A stretch of DNA of 64,000 bases from an uncultured Ignavibacteria bacterium (GCA_964537215.1 CAZIBI010000002.1:64001-128000), one strand, 5' to 3'; shown: positions 37,957-48,681, numbered from the stretch's first letter. Translations and numbers: made by a program. The notes: generated by a model from the letters alone, not told the origin.

Positions 37957-39051
37957 GTGCCAAAAAAGTTACTATGCATCGTCGGGACTCGACCGAATTT
38001 TGTGAAGTCCGCCCCGCTCATGCGCGAATTAAAAAAGAACTCCGCCAGTTTTGATGCCAAGCTCGTTCACACTGGACAGCACTACGATCAGAATCTCTCG
38101 GACTGGTTATTCAACGACCTCGGCATGACGCCACCCGATATCAGTCTCGGCGTCGGTTCCGGTTCGCACACGCAGCAGACCGCCAAGATCATGCTCGGGC
38201 TCGAGGAAGCCATCACCAGCGAGAAAGCGGACTTGGTGGTGGTCTTTGGCGATGTTAATTCAACTCTGGCTGCAGCCGTGGTTGCGGCGAAAATGGGCGT
38301 GCCGGTTGCGCACGTCGAATCAGGACTGCGTAGTTTCGATCGCGCGATGCCGGAAGAAATCAACCGCATCGTCACGGATCACTTGTCCGATATGCTGTTT
38401 GTCACCGAGGAATCCGGCATGCACAACCTCAAGCAAGAGGGCATCGCCGACAGCAAAGTGTTCTTCACGGGAAACATCATGATCGATTCGCTGCTCGCGA
38501 CTCTCGACATTGTCAAGCGCTCCGATATCCTCGACAAACTGAAACTGCAGCCGCGTCAATACGCCGTCATGACACTTCATCGTCCTTCTAATGTCGACGA
38601 CCCCGAAACTTTGAAATACGTCCTCAATACTGTCGCAGAGGTTGCACGCAAAGTTCCGGTCATTTTCCCGTGCCATCCGCGGACACGCAATAACATCTCG
38701 CGATTCGCGCTGGACGAAGTTGTCAAGAATAGCTCACTAACGCTCATCGATCCCCTTGGCTATGTCGATTTCTGCCGTCTAACCTACGAATCGAAATTCG
38801 TCTTGACCGATTCCGGCGGCATTCAGGAAGAAACGACTTATCTGCAGATTCCTTGTATTACGATGCGCGAGAATACCGAACGTCCAATCACAGTTACCGT
38901 GGGTACCAACGTGATGACCGGCAACGATCGGGCGAAGATTCTGGCCACTGTGGATGCAATCATTAGTGGTAACCCGAAGCAGGGGCGCATTCCGGATCTC
39001 TGGGATGGCCACACTGCCGCGCGAATTGTTGAAATCTTGAAAAAGTTGTAG
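37957..39051 (+). CDS. wecB: UDP-N-acetylglucosamine 2-epimerase (non-hydrolysing).
   Basis: VHTGQHYDQNLSDWLFNDLGMTPPDISLGVGSGSHTQQTAKIM...VVFGDVNSTLAAAVVAAKMGVPVAHVESGLRSFDRAMPEEINR matches WecB/MnaA closely. Confidence 0.9.
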   Translation: MPKKLLCIVGTRPNFVKSAPLMRELKKNSASFDAKLVHTGQHYDQNLSDWLFNDLGMTPPDISLGVGSGSHTQQTAKIMLGLEEAITSEKADLVVVFGDVNSTLAAAVVAAKMGVPVAHVESGLRSFDRAMPEEINRIVTDHLSDMLFVTEESGMHNLKQEGIADSKVFFTGNIMIDSLLATLDIVKRSDILDKLKLQPRQYAVMTLHRPSNVDDPETLKYVLNTVAEVARKVPVIFPCHPRTRNNISRFALDEVVKNSSLTLIDPLGYVDFCRLTYESKFVLTDSGGIQEETTYLQIPCITMRENTERPITVTVGTNVMTGNDRAKILATVDAIISGNPKQGRIPDLWDGHTAARIVEILKKL

Positions 39052-39062
39052 AGGAGAACTTC

Positions 39063-40361
39063 TTGGGCGACTCAATGCAGACCGGTCTTAGCCTGACACG
39101 TCGACTCCAAGTCGCACAACGGATACTGGCAACTAAATTACGCTTCAGCATTGCAACTACCGAGTTGTTTAGCCGCATTGAAAAAATCCACGGCCAATTG
39201 AAACTTGCGAGTTCGAAAACTGCGGCCGCAAGCCACCTAATGACTGCTCACCGCACCACGCGTTCTCCCAAACGGCAGATCAAAATTGAAAAGATATTGC
39301 TCAAGAACGATCTGCTGGCAAAGGACATCATGACTCCTTTGCTGCCCAATTCGGGAGCGGGGCGCGATTTTTGGGATAAGCGCGTCATCAAGATGAAAGA
39401 GAAGAAAGACGACGAGCGCGGTGTCTTAGTGGTCAGCTTCGATGTCTTCGGCCAAATGGCGGCATTTTACGATATGGCCGCAATCCTGCGCGACTATTAC
39501 TTCGTCCTTGAACCAAGTTGGTCGGGATACTGTTTGCCGGGAGTACTGCAGTTCCTCAATCATCCCAACGACAGAGTCATTGTGCAGTCACCGGAAAAAC
39601 TCGATTATGATTTCCTGCAGCGCCTCAACTCGAATCTCATTCCCATCGAAATCGGCGCTTCGAATTGGGTCGACGATCGCACCTTCAATGACCTCGGCCT
39701 CAAAAAAGAGTACGACTGCGTCATGGTCTCGCACTTCGGCGACCTCAAGCGACACTTTGTTCTATTCGACGCATTGCGCACAATCAACGACCCGTCTTTT
39801 CGGGTTTGTCTGATCGGTGAACCGTGGGGCGGCCGCACACGCGAAGATCTGCTCGATCTTGCCCGTTACTATGGCGTCGCGCAGTGTCTCGACATCTACC
39901 AGCTTGTGAGCGCCGAAGAAGTTAATCGCCTTCTCAATCTCTCCAAGGTGAACATATTGCTGTCGAGAAAAGAAGGCGCCAATCGCAGTATCTTCGAGGG
40001 ACTCTTTGCCAACGTACCGGGTATTGTTCTAAAGTCAAACTGTGGCGTGAACAAGAACTACATCAATGAATATTCGGGAAGACTCATCGAAGATGATGGA
40101 CTCGCCGAGGCGCTACTTTGGTTCCGCTCAAATCCAACAACTATTCAGCCGCGCAAGTGGGCACTCAACAATATTTCCTGCCAGATTTCAACGCGCAGGT
40201 TGGAGGAGATGCTTCAGGGAATAGCTAAGGACATGGGTAACAAGTGGACCGGCAAGCTCACTACTAAGGTCAACCGTCCGGAATTCGAGTACTATGATGA
40301 GACGTTGTCGAAATTTGACTTCGAGCACTACAGCCTGACGCGAGTACATCAAGCGCACTAG
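39063..40361 (+). CDS. Hypothetical protein, possibly a glycosyltransferase-like (GT-B C-domain-like) protein.
   Basis: LLSRKEGANRSIFEGLFANVPGIVL resembles the GT4 E-x7-E region. The start is ambiguous; several in-frame Met codons lie between 39063 and 39393. Confidence 0.35.
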   Translation: MGDSMQTGLSLTRRLQVAQRILATKLRFSIATTELFSRIEKIHGQLKLASSKTAAASHLMTAHRTTRSPKRQIKIEKILLKNDLLAKDIMTPLLPNSGAGRDFWDKRVIKMKEKKDDERGVLVVSFDVFGQMAAFYDMAAILRDYYFVLEPSWSGYCLPGVLQFLNHPNDRVIVQSPEKLDYDFLQRLNSNLIPIEIGASNWVDDRTFNDLGLKKEYDCVMVSHFGDLKRHFVLFDALRTINDPSFRVCLIGEPWGGRTREDLLDLARYYGVAQCLDIYQLVSAEEVNRLLNLSKVNILLSRKEGANRSIFEGLFANVPGIVLKSNCGVNKNYINEYSGRLIEDDGLAEALLWFRSNPTTIQPRKWALNNISCQISTRRLEEMLQGIAKDMGNKWTGKLTTKVNRPEFEYYDETLSKFDFEHYSLTRVHQAH

Positions 40362-40372
40362 CAATTCTTCAG

Positions 40373-41134
40373 TTACTTGCCCGAATTCTTCCGAAAGAGA
40401 ATATGAATCCAGTTGGGATGCGGCTTGATAAACGGCTGTTGCAACGAGCGACAAACCGATCCCGCTTTTGTAGCCACTTTTGAGAAGAAGCTTCTCGAAG
40501 TAGGACCGACCAAGACTGCACCACAATGAACGCAAGGTTCATCTTGCTCATATGTGCCGAACGGATTTCCGGCAATCGTCATGAATGCTGCCGCAGCCCA
40601 GTTGGTCGCCTCGTTGTTGGTTCCGACAAAATCAATCTTCTCCGCGCTGCACTTGGGAAACAAGGCCTTTAATTTATCTTCAGTGAATCGATTGACATGA
40701 CCCCACGGCGGATTCGTCTTTCCGCAGCTGCGGCAAGTCGTTTGGCCAACTCGCGTATCCTGCCGATAGGGCACGCCAATGAGAACATGGCCCTTCGCAA
40801 TCCGCGTGAGTTCATCGCAGGCGCGGGGAAGTTGCTTCGGCGGTATATGCTCCAGCACTTCCGCACATAGAACTAAATCGAAGGTATTGTCTTCCAGTGG
40901 CAAGTCGAGGACATTGCCCTCAACGCAAGTAATATTCTCGCCAACCACATCAGGCATGGTCAGGTCGAGAGCGACGACACGGCTGAAAATCTTGGCGAGA
41001 ACTTTGGAAATATATCCGTCGCGGGCGCCAATATCAATTGCGCTGCCTCTCTCGGTGGGAAACAAGGATTGCAAGCTAGCCACCCGGCCTTGTTCTGCTT
41101 CGCTGGCACGATATTCGCTCAAGTCCACATTCAA
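40373..41134 (-). CDS. Class I SAM-dependent methyltransferase with a C-terminal Cys-rich (zinc-ribbon-like) region.
   Basis: VVALDLTMPDVVG...FDLVLCAEVLEHIPPKQL is the methyltransferase fold. Two CxxC pairs are present: CRSCGK...CVHCGA. Confidence 0.7.
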   Translation of the reverse strand: MNVDLSEYRASEAEQGRVASLQSLFPTERGSAIDIGARDGYISKVLAKIFSRVVALDLTMPDVVGENITCVEGNVLDLPLEDNTFDLVLCAEVLEHIPPKQLPRACDELTRIAKGHVLIGVPYRQDTRVGQTTCRSCGKTNPPWGHVNRFTEDKLKALFPKCSAEKIDFVGTNNEATNWAAAAFMTIAGNPFGTYEQDEPCVHCGAVLVGPTSRSFFSKVATKAGSVCRSLQQPFIKPHPNWIHILFRKNSGK

Positions 41135-41549
41135 TTCCGTTCTGCTTTTGGTTTTTGTGCGGCTATCGCTTCATCGGTCTCTTACAGCGTCCGCGACCAT
41201 CTGCAGAAAATAGAACACTGGTCGCAAATTCCACAAAAAACAGGAGTGCGAAAGCCGTTAGAATTTGTAAAAAATCCTGATAAAGTGTACTCGCATTATC
41301 GAGAATAAAATGCTTGTGTCAACTACTAAGATTGTTCACTTTCTGGGCAATCTCAAGAAACGCACAGCCGCGAGTTGGTTGCTGCGGATACTGGCTGATT
41401 TTATGCAAGATAACATCTGTTCTAACAATAAGTTAAGCGCGAGGGAATAACGATTCGATTGGTATGCGCTTTGCAATGGAAGTTAGTCGGTAATCTGCCG
41501 ATTACTCTAATTGGCAAGCTCCGAGGTGCTTAACATTCGAGATCGGAAT

Positions 41550-44500
41550 ATGGAAAGTATGCGAATCGTTTTAGGAAGATATCTCTGGCTCATGGCCGCA
41601 GTCGCCGTGCTGTTTGCGCAAGACGTTTCAGCGACGACTTACTACGTCCGCCCCGGCGGCAACAATGCTAGCGACGGTTTGTCGTGGGCGACAGCCTGGG
41701 CACATCCCAACCGAGCTCAATCTCAATTCACGACCTCTGGTCATACCTTGGTGATTGCACCGGGTTCGTACGATACGGTTCAATTCGTACCGCCGGCAGC
41801 AGGTGGTGCTCAAACTGTTTATGCCTGTTCATCCTGGGCCGCAAGTGGTTCTGATGACGGCCGCAACAACACCTTCATTCGCGGCGGCCGCAATCAAAAC
41901 CTAACCTGGACCAGCATCGGCGGCAATCTCTGGACAACTGTGTTTGATTCGCCCGGCGGCGGCGTTGTCTCCAACAACGGCGAGTATGTTGCCTTCTTCC
42001 GTGACGGCGTTACTATGCGACCGCGCCAAACTGTTGCCGAATTGAACGAGCAAAATGAATATTCCTATGTCACAGCCGGTGGCCTGACGACTTTATACTC
42101 TACGACAAATCCCAACACTTCCTCTTGGCGCGTCAGTTGGCGACCGGTGATGTTTCTTGGCCGCAACCAATCCAATATCATGATCTATGGGTTGAACATC
42201 TCGGAAGGTTCGCAGCGACTGTTCATATTATCGGAGTCTGGATCGGGAATGCCGAAGCCGGATAGTATTTACATCTACCACTGCAACTTGAGCAAAGTGT
42301 CCGACCTGCAGATCGCGCACAATACGTCCATAGTCTATTGCGGCGAAATCGGCCCCAATTCAGTGTCCGATTGGAGCAACGCCATCGAAGTCGTGGGCTG
42401 CTCGCTCTCGACAGTTATTTCTGTTGGCGAGGGCACAGGCGTTCACGCCGGTTCTGCGATTGAATATTACTTCACCCGCGACTCGCGCATCGACTCCAAT
42501 GTCTTTGTCGGTCCGATGAGCGTGGCAATTGCATTAAAAATGGGCTGCTATCCCGACAACGGCAACAAGTCTCTGAATTGGAGCATTAAATACAACCGCA
42601 TTAGCGGTTGCGTTGACGAAGCCGTTTGGTTCAGCAACAAGGTCGGCAATGTCGACTTCATCGGGAATATCCTCGAACGCAACGAATGTGCTGTCAACAT
42701 TCACACGTCCAGCCCCTGCGGCAATGATCCGACGCAAGGCAACATCATTGTAAGCCACAATACGTTCATTGACAACCAGGTCAATTTCACGGCGTCGGCT
42801 GCCAATGCTATCGGCGGCAACAAAATCATGTACAATATCTTTTCTGATACTGTCTCAACCGTCGGCACGAACTATGAGTACACGATCGGTTTCCGCTTGC
42901 GCGGCGGTGAGGCGCCGCTCGAGACTCCGCCAACCGAAACCTATTGGGCGAACGGCGTCAATTATAACATGTACTATTCAGCCAACGGCGGCGAGTCGTT
43001 TTCGGCGCGCTTTACCAGCAACAGCGGCTTTGCCGGCTATCCGAATCCGACTTGGGCACAGTGGACCGCGCATTTCGATCAATCGAGCGTTACCGGTATC
43101 AACCCCAAGTTCGCTGCCAGCCACCTAGGCGATTATTCGCGGCCAAACTCCGCTCCTGAATTCAACGTCACCGAATACGGACGGACCTGGACACTTTACG
43201 GCGCGTGGCAACCGGATTCTCCCGGCTGCTTCCCATTAATCGCAGCTCCGGACCCGCTGTCGCCATCCGATGGAGCTGCAAACCAGACGGCGCCGATTGT
43301 ATTTGACTGGAGCGATGTTGCGGGATCTACCAACTATAGAATCGAAATTGATAACAATTCGGGATTCACAAGTCCGGAAGTCTCCGCTCAATCGGCGACT
43401 TCGACATTCAGCACATCCGCTCTTCTGCCCTCAACAACATATTATTGGCGAGTCGCCGGTTTCGATGCCTGCGGTTGGGGAAACTGGAGCACACCGAGAT
43501 CGTTCTCGACTTGCAATGCTCCGGTAGCTCCGAATTACGTTTCGCCAGCAAATGGCGCGACCGGCATTACTCTTCCGGTAGTCCTCGATTGGAGCGACCT
43601 CGCTGGAGTTACAGCGTATCAAGTTCAAGTTGACGACAACGCTGACTTTTCAAGTACCGCCATCGATCAGCAGGTCGCGGCTTCGACATATTCCGCCTCC
43701 GGATTGACCGGCGGCCCCGTCTACTATTGGCGTGTGAGAGCGCAGAATTCCTGTGGTTGGGGAACCTGGACAACAGCCCGATCATTCACATTAACCTGTA
43801 CACTACCTGCAGCGCCGACACTTGCCAGTCCAGCGAACGCGGCAACAAATCTCGCGCAGCCGATAACACTTGACTGGAATGATGTTGCCACCGCGACCGG
43901 CTATCAGATTCAGGTTGATAACGACTCCGATTTTTCCAGCGTTACCGTTGCTCCCACAGCCACGGCGTCAACATATTCTCTTTCCGGCTTGGCTACGGGA
44001 ACAACTTATTACTGGCGCGTGCAGGCGCAAAGTGCTTGCGGTCTGGGCAGCTTCAGTACCTCCCGATCCTTTACGACCGCTTGTAATCTTCCGGCAGTCC
44101 CGTCATTCGTTTCGCCTGCCAACGGTGCGACGAACCTGTCCCAGCCGATCGTGCTGGACTGGTCTGACGTCTCCGGCGCCACGCAATATCAAGTTCAAGT
44201 CGACAACAATTCAGATTTCAGCAGTCCAGCTGCGGACAACCAGCCGGGCGCTTCAACCTATTCCGTGAGCGGATTAACCGGAGGCACATTGTTCTATTGG
44301 CGCATCCGTGCGCAAAACTCTTGCGGCTGGGGATCGTGGTCTGCTTCAAGAACATTCACAACGTCTTCAACTGACGGTACGCCGCCTGTGATCTCCGGTG
44401 TGATTGCAACTGACATCACCGACCGCTCGGCAGTTATCACCTGGACCACCAACGAAGCTGCCTCGACCCAAATCAACTACGGTACGACTGGGGCTTATGG

Positions 44501-47237
44501 TTCTTCCACGCCTCTCGTTGCTACTCTCACGACCACGCACGAGCAAGTGATCACCGGACTCGATTCGCTGACTACATATCACTTCCGCGTTCGTTCGCGC
44601 GACGCGGCAAACAACGAAGCGGTCAGCAGCGACTTCGTGTTTACGACGGCAAACAGTCTCGGTGAAGGCGTCCCGCCAACCGTCTCCAGTACCTATACCG
44701 GTTTTGATCCGATCCATATTACCGACGGTGATTATAATCCTTACGGTTGGGAAACCTCAACTTGGGCCTCCGATAGTACGACATCAGCAAATTGGATCGA
44801 ATTCAATCTCGGCACAAGTCGCACCATCGATCGCGTTGCTGTCTACTGGGCCTGGAATTCGAACACAAATAGTTGGATGACGTCGCGGGAATTTCGCGTC
44901 CAGATTTGGAATGGATCTGCCTACGTCGATGTCGCGACAAATAACAACGTCACAGTTGATAGTTGTACTTTTGCCGAAATCACACCGGTCGCAACCACAC
45001 GGGTTCGCTACTACCAACCCGCCAACATGGGACCGACAGCTTACCCGAAAGTTGTGTGGCTCGCAGAACTTGACGTCTTTAGTAACGGATTAGTCAATTC
45101 AGCCCCGACTGTGCCCGGACTCACCAGCCCGGCTGACGCAGTCCAACTAGTCACGCTCACGCCTACACTCACTCTTGCGAATTCCACCGATGCCGACGGC
45201 AACCTGCTATCTTACGATTTCCAGATTGCAACGTCATCCAGCTTTGCAACAATCGTCGCACAAGCAACAGGCATCGTCCAAGGCGGAAGCGGTTCCACCT
45301 CATGGAATGTAAGCCCGAGTCTCGCCTCCGGCACAACCTATTATTGGCGTGCGCGCGCTTTTGATGGTTCGCTCTATTCGAGCTACAGCGCGTATCGCAC
45401 ATTTACGATTACAGCCAATACGGCGCCGACCGTTCCGACTCTTACGAGCCCGATCGCCGGCGCACAAGTCAGCACATTGACGCCAACCTTGGCAATCGGC
45501 AACTCGACCGACGCCCAAGGCAATACGATTACTTACGATATTCAGGTTTCAACTTCGTCGACTTTCAGCACCATTGCCGCCCAGACGACTGGACTCGCGC
45601 AGGGTGGAAGCGGCTCAACATCGTGGGTCGTTAGCCCGAATCTCGTCACTGGAACAACCTATTACTGGCGTGCCCGTGCGTATGATGGCGCCCTCTACTC
45701 AAGCTACGCTGCTTACCAGTCATTCTCAATTGTCAGCAACAGCGCGCCATCGACGCCGGGACTGAACAGTCCGGCCGCGGCTGCAACCGGATTGACTCGT
45801 ACCCCAACGCTCGTGGTCAACAATTCAACGGATCCTGACGGCAATACAATCACTTACGAATTCCAGGTCGCGACAACATCCTCGTTCTCGACAATTGTAG
45901 CGCAAGCTGCGGGAGTCGCGCAAGGGACCGGTGGTACAACCTCATGGATCGTTAGCACGCAGTTGGCTTATTCGACGACGTACTACTGGCGCGTCCGCGC
46001 AAGTGACGGCGCGCTGAACTCACCCTATGCGGCATATCGTTCGTTCACGACAATGAGCAATACTGCGCCCGGCGCACCAGCGCCGACCCTGCCGCTTAAC
46101 GGCAGCCGCGTAATCGACATGACGCCGGACTTGGTCGTGAACAACGCCACCGACACCAACGGCGACCCGCTGACCTATCAATTTTATCTCTACAACGAGG
46201 CAACAACGGTACTGCTCGCGACTTCGCCGATGACAGCGCCCGGCGCCGGCACTACCGCTTGGACTACCTCAATTACGCTTTCGCCGAAAACAAAGTATAC
46301 TTGGCGTGCGCGTGCCAATGACGGTTCAGCCTGGTCCGGGTATTCGCCGACACGCAATTTCCGGACGAATCGTATTCCATTGACGCCGGTACCGAGTGCG
46401 CCGATTGACGGCGATACGGTCATTGGTTCGATGCACCAATATGTCGTTATCAACTCGACTGACCCCGACGGCGATGCGCTTACTTACGACTTTGAGGTCT
46501 ATTCCGATTCATTGCTGACTATTCTGGTGGAATCCGTTCTCGGAGTCAATCCAGGTGCAAGCCAGACCAGCGCGATTTCAAACGTGCCGCTGAATCCCAA
46601 TCAATTCTACTGGTGGCGTGCGCGTGCCAACGACAGCACCCATTCTTCCAATTGGTGCGAGGCCGAGAAGTTCTTCCAGAGCCAGTTGAGTCTTGATGTT
46701 ACGGAAGCGCCGTCCATCGTCTCACCGCAGATCGGTGAACAGATCAATCAAGCGCAACCTGCATTGACAATCTCGTGGACGGGAATTACCGATACCTCTG
46801 AATGTAGCTTCGAATTGTCGCGGACCAACAACTTCCAGACTTTCGTGGATGTAGGCACAGTTCGCGGCAACGGCAATTCGGCATCGTGGACAACCGATCA
46901 AGTTCTCGATCAGGGCGAATACTTCTGGCGCGCCAAGCGGGGAAGTAGCGACTATTCGGTCACCGGCAACTTCTCGGTTGTCGCCTCTATCTACGTTTCG
47001 CCCAATCCTTTCGAGTACTCGAACGAAAGCATCGTCGTTCACAATCTGCCGTCCGGTTCTCGTTTCGAGGTCTACACCTCATCCGGCGACCGGGTCATGT
47101 CGATCGACAACTTGACCGGCGATTTCAACTGGGACGTCCGCAATTCGGCCGGCGAGAAACTGGGTTCCGGCGTGTTCCTTTGGTACGTCCGGCTAAGCGA
47201 CAAAACAGTTTCGGGCAAGCTGATCGTCCAGCGTTAA
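41550..47237 (+). CDS. Giant secreted protein. It has a signal peptide, a right-handed parallel beta-helix (pectin-lyase-fold) domain, 4 ~95-aa Cys-containing repeats, an FN3 domain, a discoidin/F5-8-type-C-like domain, ~6 ~105-aa repeats and a T9SS-type C-terminal sorting domain.
   Basis: Signal peptide MRIVLGRYLWLMAAVAVLFAQDVSA. Beta-helix TTYYVRPGGNNASDGLSWATAWAH. Repeats with W-x-D-V-x-G-A-x-x-Y-Q-V-Q-V-D-N-x-S-D-F-S-S...YYWRVRAQNSCGWG. FN3 region TWTTNEAASTQINYGTTGAYG. C-terminal domain SPNPFEYSNESIVVHNLPSGSRFEVYTSSGDRVMSI...FNWDVRNSAGEKLGSGVFLWYVRLSDKTVSGKLIVQR. Confidence 0.8.
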   Translation: MESMRIVLGRYLWLMAAVAVLFAQDVSATTYYVRPGGNNASDGLSWATAWAHPNRAQSQFTTSGHTLVIAPGSYDTVQFVPPAAGGAQTVYACSSWAASGSDDGRNNTFIRGGRNQNLTWTSIGGNLWTTVFDSPGGGVVSNNGEYVAFFRDGVTMRPRQTVAELNEQNEYSYVTAGGLTTLYSTTNPNTSSWRVSWRPVMFLGRNQSNIMIYGLNISEGSQRLFILSESGSGMPKPDSIYIYHCNLSKVSDLQIAHNTSIVYCGEIGPNSVSDWSNAIEVVGCSLSTVISVGEGTGVHAGSAIEYYFTRDSRIDSNVFVGPMSVAIALKMGCYPDNGNKSLNWSIKYNRISGCVDEAVWFSNKVGNVDFIGNILERNECAVNIHTSSPCGNDPTQGNIIVSHNTFIDNQVNFTASAANAIGGNKIMYNIFSDTVSTVGTNYEYTIGFRLRGGEAPLETPPTETYWANGVNYNMYYSANGGESFSARFTSNSGFAGYPNPTWAQWTAHFDQSSVTGINPKFAASHLGDYSRPNSAPEFNVTEYGRTWTLYGAWQPDSPGCFPLIAAPDPLSPSDGAANQTAPIVFDWSDVAGSTNYRIEIDNNSGFTSPEVSAQSATSTFSTSALLPSTTYYWRVAGFDACGWGNWSTPRSFSTCNAPVAPNYVSPANGATGITLPVVLDWSDLAGVTAYQVQVDDNADFSSTAIDQQVAASTYSASGLTGGPVYYWRVRAQNSCGWGTWTTARSFTLTCTLPAAPTLASPANAATNLAQPITLDWNDVATATGYQIQVDNDSDFSSVTVAPTATASTYSLSGLATGTTYYWRVQAQSACGLGSFSTSRSFTTACNLPAVPSFVSPANGATNLSQPIVLDWSDVSGATQYQVQVDNNSDFSSPAADNQPGASTYSVSGLTGGTLFYWRIRAQNSCGWGSWSASRTFTTSSTDGTPPVISGVIATDITDRSAVITWTTNEAASTQINYGTTGAYGSSTPLVATLTTTHEQVITGLDSLTTYHFRVRSRDAANNEAVSSDFVFTTANSLGEGVPPTVSSTYTGFDPIHITDGDYNPYGWETSTWASDSTTSANWIEFNLGTSRTIDRVAVYWAWNSNTNSWMTSREFRVQIWNGSAYVDVATNNNVTVDSCTFAEITPVATTRVRYYQPANMGPTAYPKVVWLAELDVFSNGLVNSAPTVPGLTSPADAVQLVTLTPTLTLANSTDADGNLLSYDFQIATSSSFATIVAQATGIVQGGSGSTSWNVSPSLASGTTYYWRARAFDGSLYSSYSAYRTFTITANTAPTVPTLTSPIAGAQVSTLTPTLAIGNSTDAQGNTITYDIQVSTSSTFSTIAAQTTGLAQGGSGSTSWVVSPNLVTGTTYYWRARAYDGALYSSYAAYQSFSIVSNSAPSTPGLNSPAAAATGLTRTPTLVVNNSTDPDGNTITYEFQVATTSSFSTIVAQAAGVAQGTGGTTSWIVSTQLAYSTTYYWRVRASDGALNSPYAAYRSFTTMSNTAPGAPAPTLPLNGSRVIDMTPDLVVNNATDTNGDPLTYQFYLYNEATTVLLATSPMTAPGAGTTAWTTSITLSPKTKYTWRARANDGSAWSGYSPTRNFRTNRIPLTPVPSAPIDGDTVIGSMHQYVVINSTDPDGDALTYDFEVYSDSLLTILVESVLGVNPGASQTSAISNVPLNPNQFYWWRARANDSTHSSNWCEAEKFFQSQLSLDVTEAPSIVSPQIGEQINQAQPALTISWTGITDTSECSFELSRTNNFQTFVDVGTVRGNGNSASWTTDQVLDQGEYFWRAKRGSSDYSVTGNFSVVASIYVSPNPFEYSNESIVVHNLPSGSRFEVYTSSGDRVMSIDNLTGDFNWDVRNSAGEKLGSGVFLWYVRLSDKTVSGKLIVQR
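43250..44375 (+). repeat. Four tandem ~285-bp coding repeats (~95-aa domains) inside the giant gene.
   Basis: Repeated protein units end in YYWRV(R)AQNSCGWGxWSxxRSFTT-C/S. Confidence 0.8.
45100..46980 (+). repeat. About six tandem ~310-bp coding repeats (~105-aa domains) inside the giant gene.
   Basis: Repeated units P(T/A)VPxLTSP...LTPTLxxxNSTDxDGNxxTYxFQ(V/I)xTSSxFxTIVAQxxGxxQGxxGxTSW.VS..L...TTYYWRARAxDGxLxSxYSxxRxFT. Confidence 0.8.
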
Positions 47238-47270
47238 GCTGACTCAATACACTCTTACGTTATGCTGCAA

Positions 47271-47309
47271 GAGGCCGGACTCGAACCGAGTTCGGCCTCT
47301 GCTTTTCTA
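47271..47309 (+). terminator. Intrinsic terminator downstream of the giant gene.
   Basis: gaggccggactcg-aac-cgagttcggcctc hairpin (13 bp, 1 mismatch) followed by tgcttttct. Confidence 0.6.
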
Positions 47310-47324
47310 TGTCTAATCGGGAGA

Positions 47325-48320
47325 TTACTTTAGTTCGATGTTATCTACATACAGAGTATGCGGGGCTTGTCTGCCTGATGTGAATAAGATGATGTTCGCA
47401 ATACTCGTCATATCCATCTGACGACCGTCAGGCAAGTCCACGACATCCGCGAGCGATACAGTGAACTGGTTCAGTCCCGGCTTCACGGTAAGCTCGCTAT
47501 TGTAGCGGTCATCGTATTCAAAATTGTGCGCCACATCATTGATTCGCAGGAAAACATGCAAGTCCCGCTGCTCATCGGAAAATATCTCAAAGTGAAAACT
47601 GCTATACCCGGTCCAAACTGGATACGGATACTGAATCGTCAGCGCAGACAGCAGCTTCCCGTCGCTATGCCAACGAACCACTCCGTCGCTCTTGTTGCTG
47701 TTCCATTCCGTCGGCGGATCGACAAAATCGATTGTCGCATTCGACCCGAGCACAAAATTGTGGTCGAGATACGAATCGAAATTGCTGATTACCGGAAACT
47801 GCGCTTGACGCCTGGCGTGCGCCAGTGTAATCGTCGCAAACGAAATGAATGCGCAGCTGACTATAAGTACCGATCCTAACCGCACCCAATTGCGTCCCGC
47901 CAGCGACTTCAGTAGGGGATATTGCTGCATTTTCGGATCAATCGTCGCCGCAAATAGCAGGAAGCTCGTTATTCCTAGCTCGTTGTAAATCATATCGAGC
48001 ACGCTAGCGTCTCGCGGTGTGAAATACTGGATGAACTCCGTTAGTCCACCGACAAACGACGCCACGACGCCGGCGGCGATGAAGTAGTGAAACTGCTCCG
48101 TTGTCCGGCGCATAAATCGCTTGGCAAAGACCAGCATCGCTATTGAAAGTACGCCGAATAGGGGAGCATGCCCGGCGTTCGTTGCTTCGCGCCAGAGCCG
48201 CGACTGCGTTGGCAAGTTGATTCCGTCGAGCACATAAACCACCGCCAGTAGCACGACGACGGATAGTATCAGCGGCATTCGCTTCTGCATTACCTCAATC
48301 AACTCATTGGGCTCAAACAA
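47325..48320 (-). CDS. VanZ-like membrane domain fused to a C-terminal extracytoplasmic beta-rich domain. Function unknown.
   Basis: Four N-terminal TM helices carry the VanZ-like motif LTEFIQYFTPRDASVLDMIYN (E-x2-Q-x-F-x2-R-x4-D). The C-terminal ~150 aa are soluble. Confidence 0.45.
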   Translation of the reverse strand: MFEPNELIEVMQKRMPLILSVVVLLAVVYVLDGINLPTQSRLWREATNAGHAPLFGVLSIAMLVFAKRFMRRTTEQFHYFIAAGVVASFVGGLTEFIQYFTPRDASVLDMIYNELGITSFLLFAATIDPKMQQYPLLKSLAGRNWVRLGSVLIVSCAFISFATITLAHARRQAQFPVISNFDSYLDHNFVLGSNATIDFVDPPTEWNSNKSDGVVRWHSDGKLLSALTIQYPYPVWTGYSSFHFEIFSDEQRDLHVFLRINDVAHNFEYDDRYNSELTVKPGLNQFTVSLADVVDLPDGRQMDMTSIANIILFTSGRQAPHTLYVDNIELK

Positions 48321-48681
48321 ACAAGCGCAAATTCAGACTCTAGTCGGTGGATCTGGACACCGGACGGTACACCATAAGACACAATGTTCTATATGGATAG
48401 CATCATGTATCTAATTCTGGACACTAACTGCCGACTGTAAAGCTCTATGGGACAGTGCGATAATGCGATAGTCTCACTATATCAACCAAAAGTGTCAACT
48501 ATCTGAACAAGATTGCATACACTAACTTCCGAGCAAATTTGACCAAACCCTGTATCGTGCAGAACTGCAAGGGGTTGCGACATTCTGCCCGAGCTTGGAT
48601 TCATTGGCACAGGTATTGCTTAATTCCAGCTTGTAGAGCTGAATTTTATAGTTTTTTCAATAACCCGTTTCGGAGGACCTG

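Noticed and set aside
47325-48320. Possible exosortase (EpsH) next to the PEP-CTERM gene
   Set aside because: Only ~4 TM helices with a VanZ-like motif and a large soluble C-terminal domain. Exosortases have ~8 TM helices and conserved Cys/Arg/Asn residues that were not seen.
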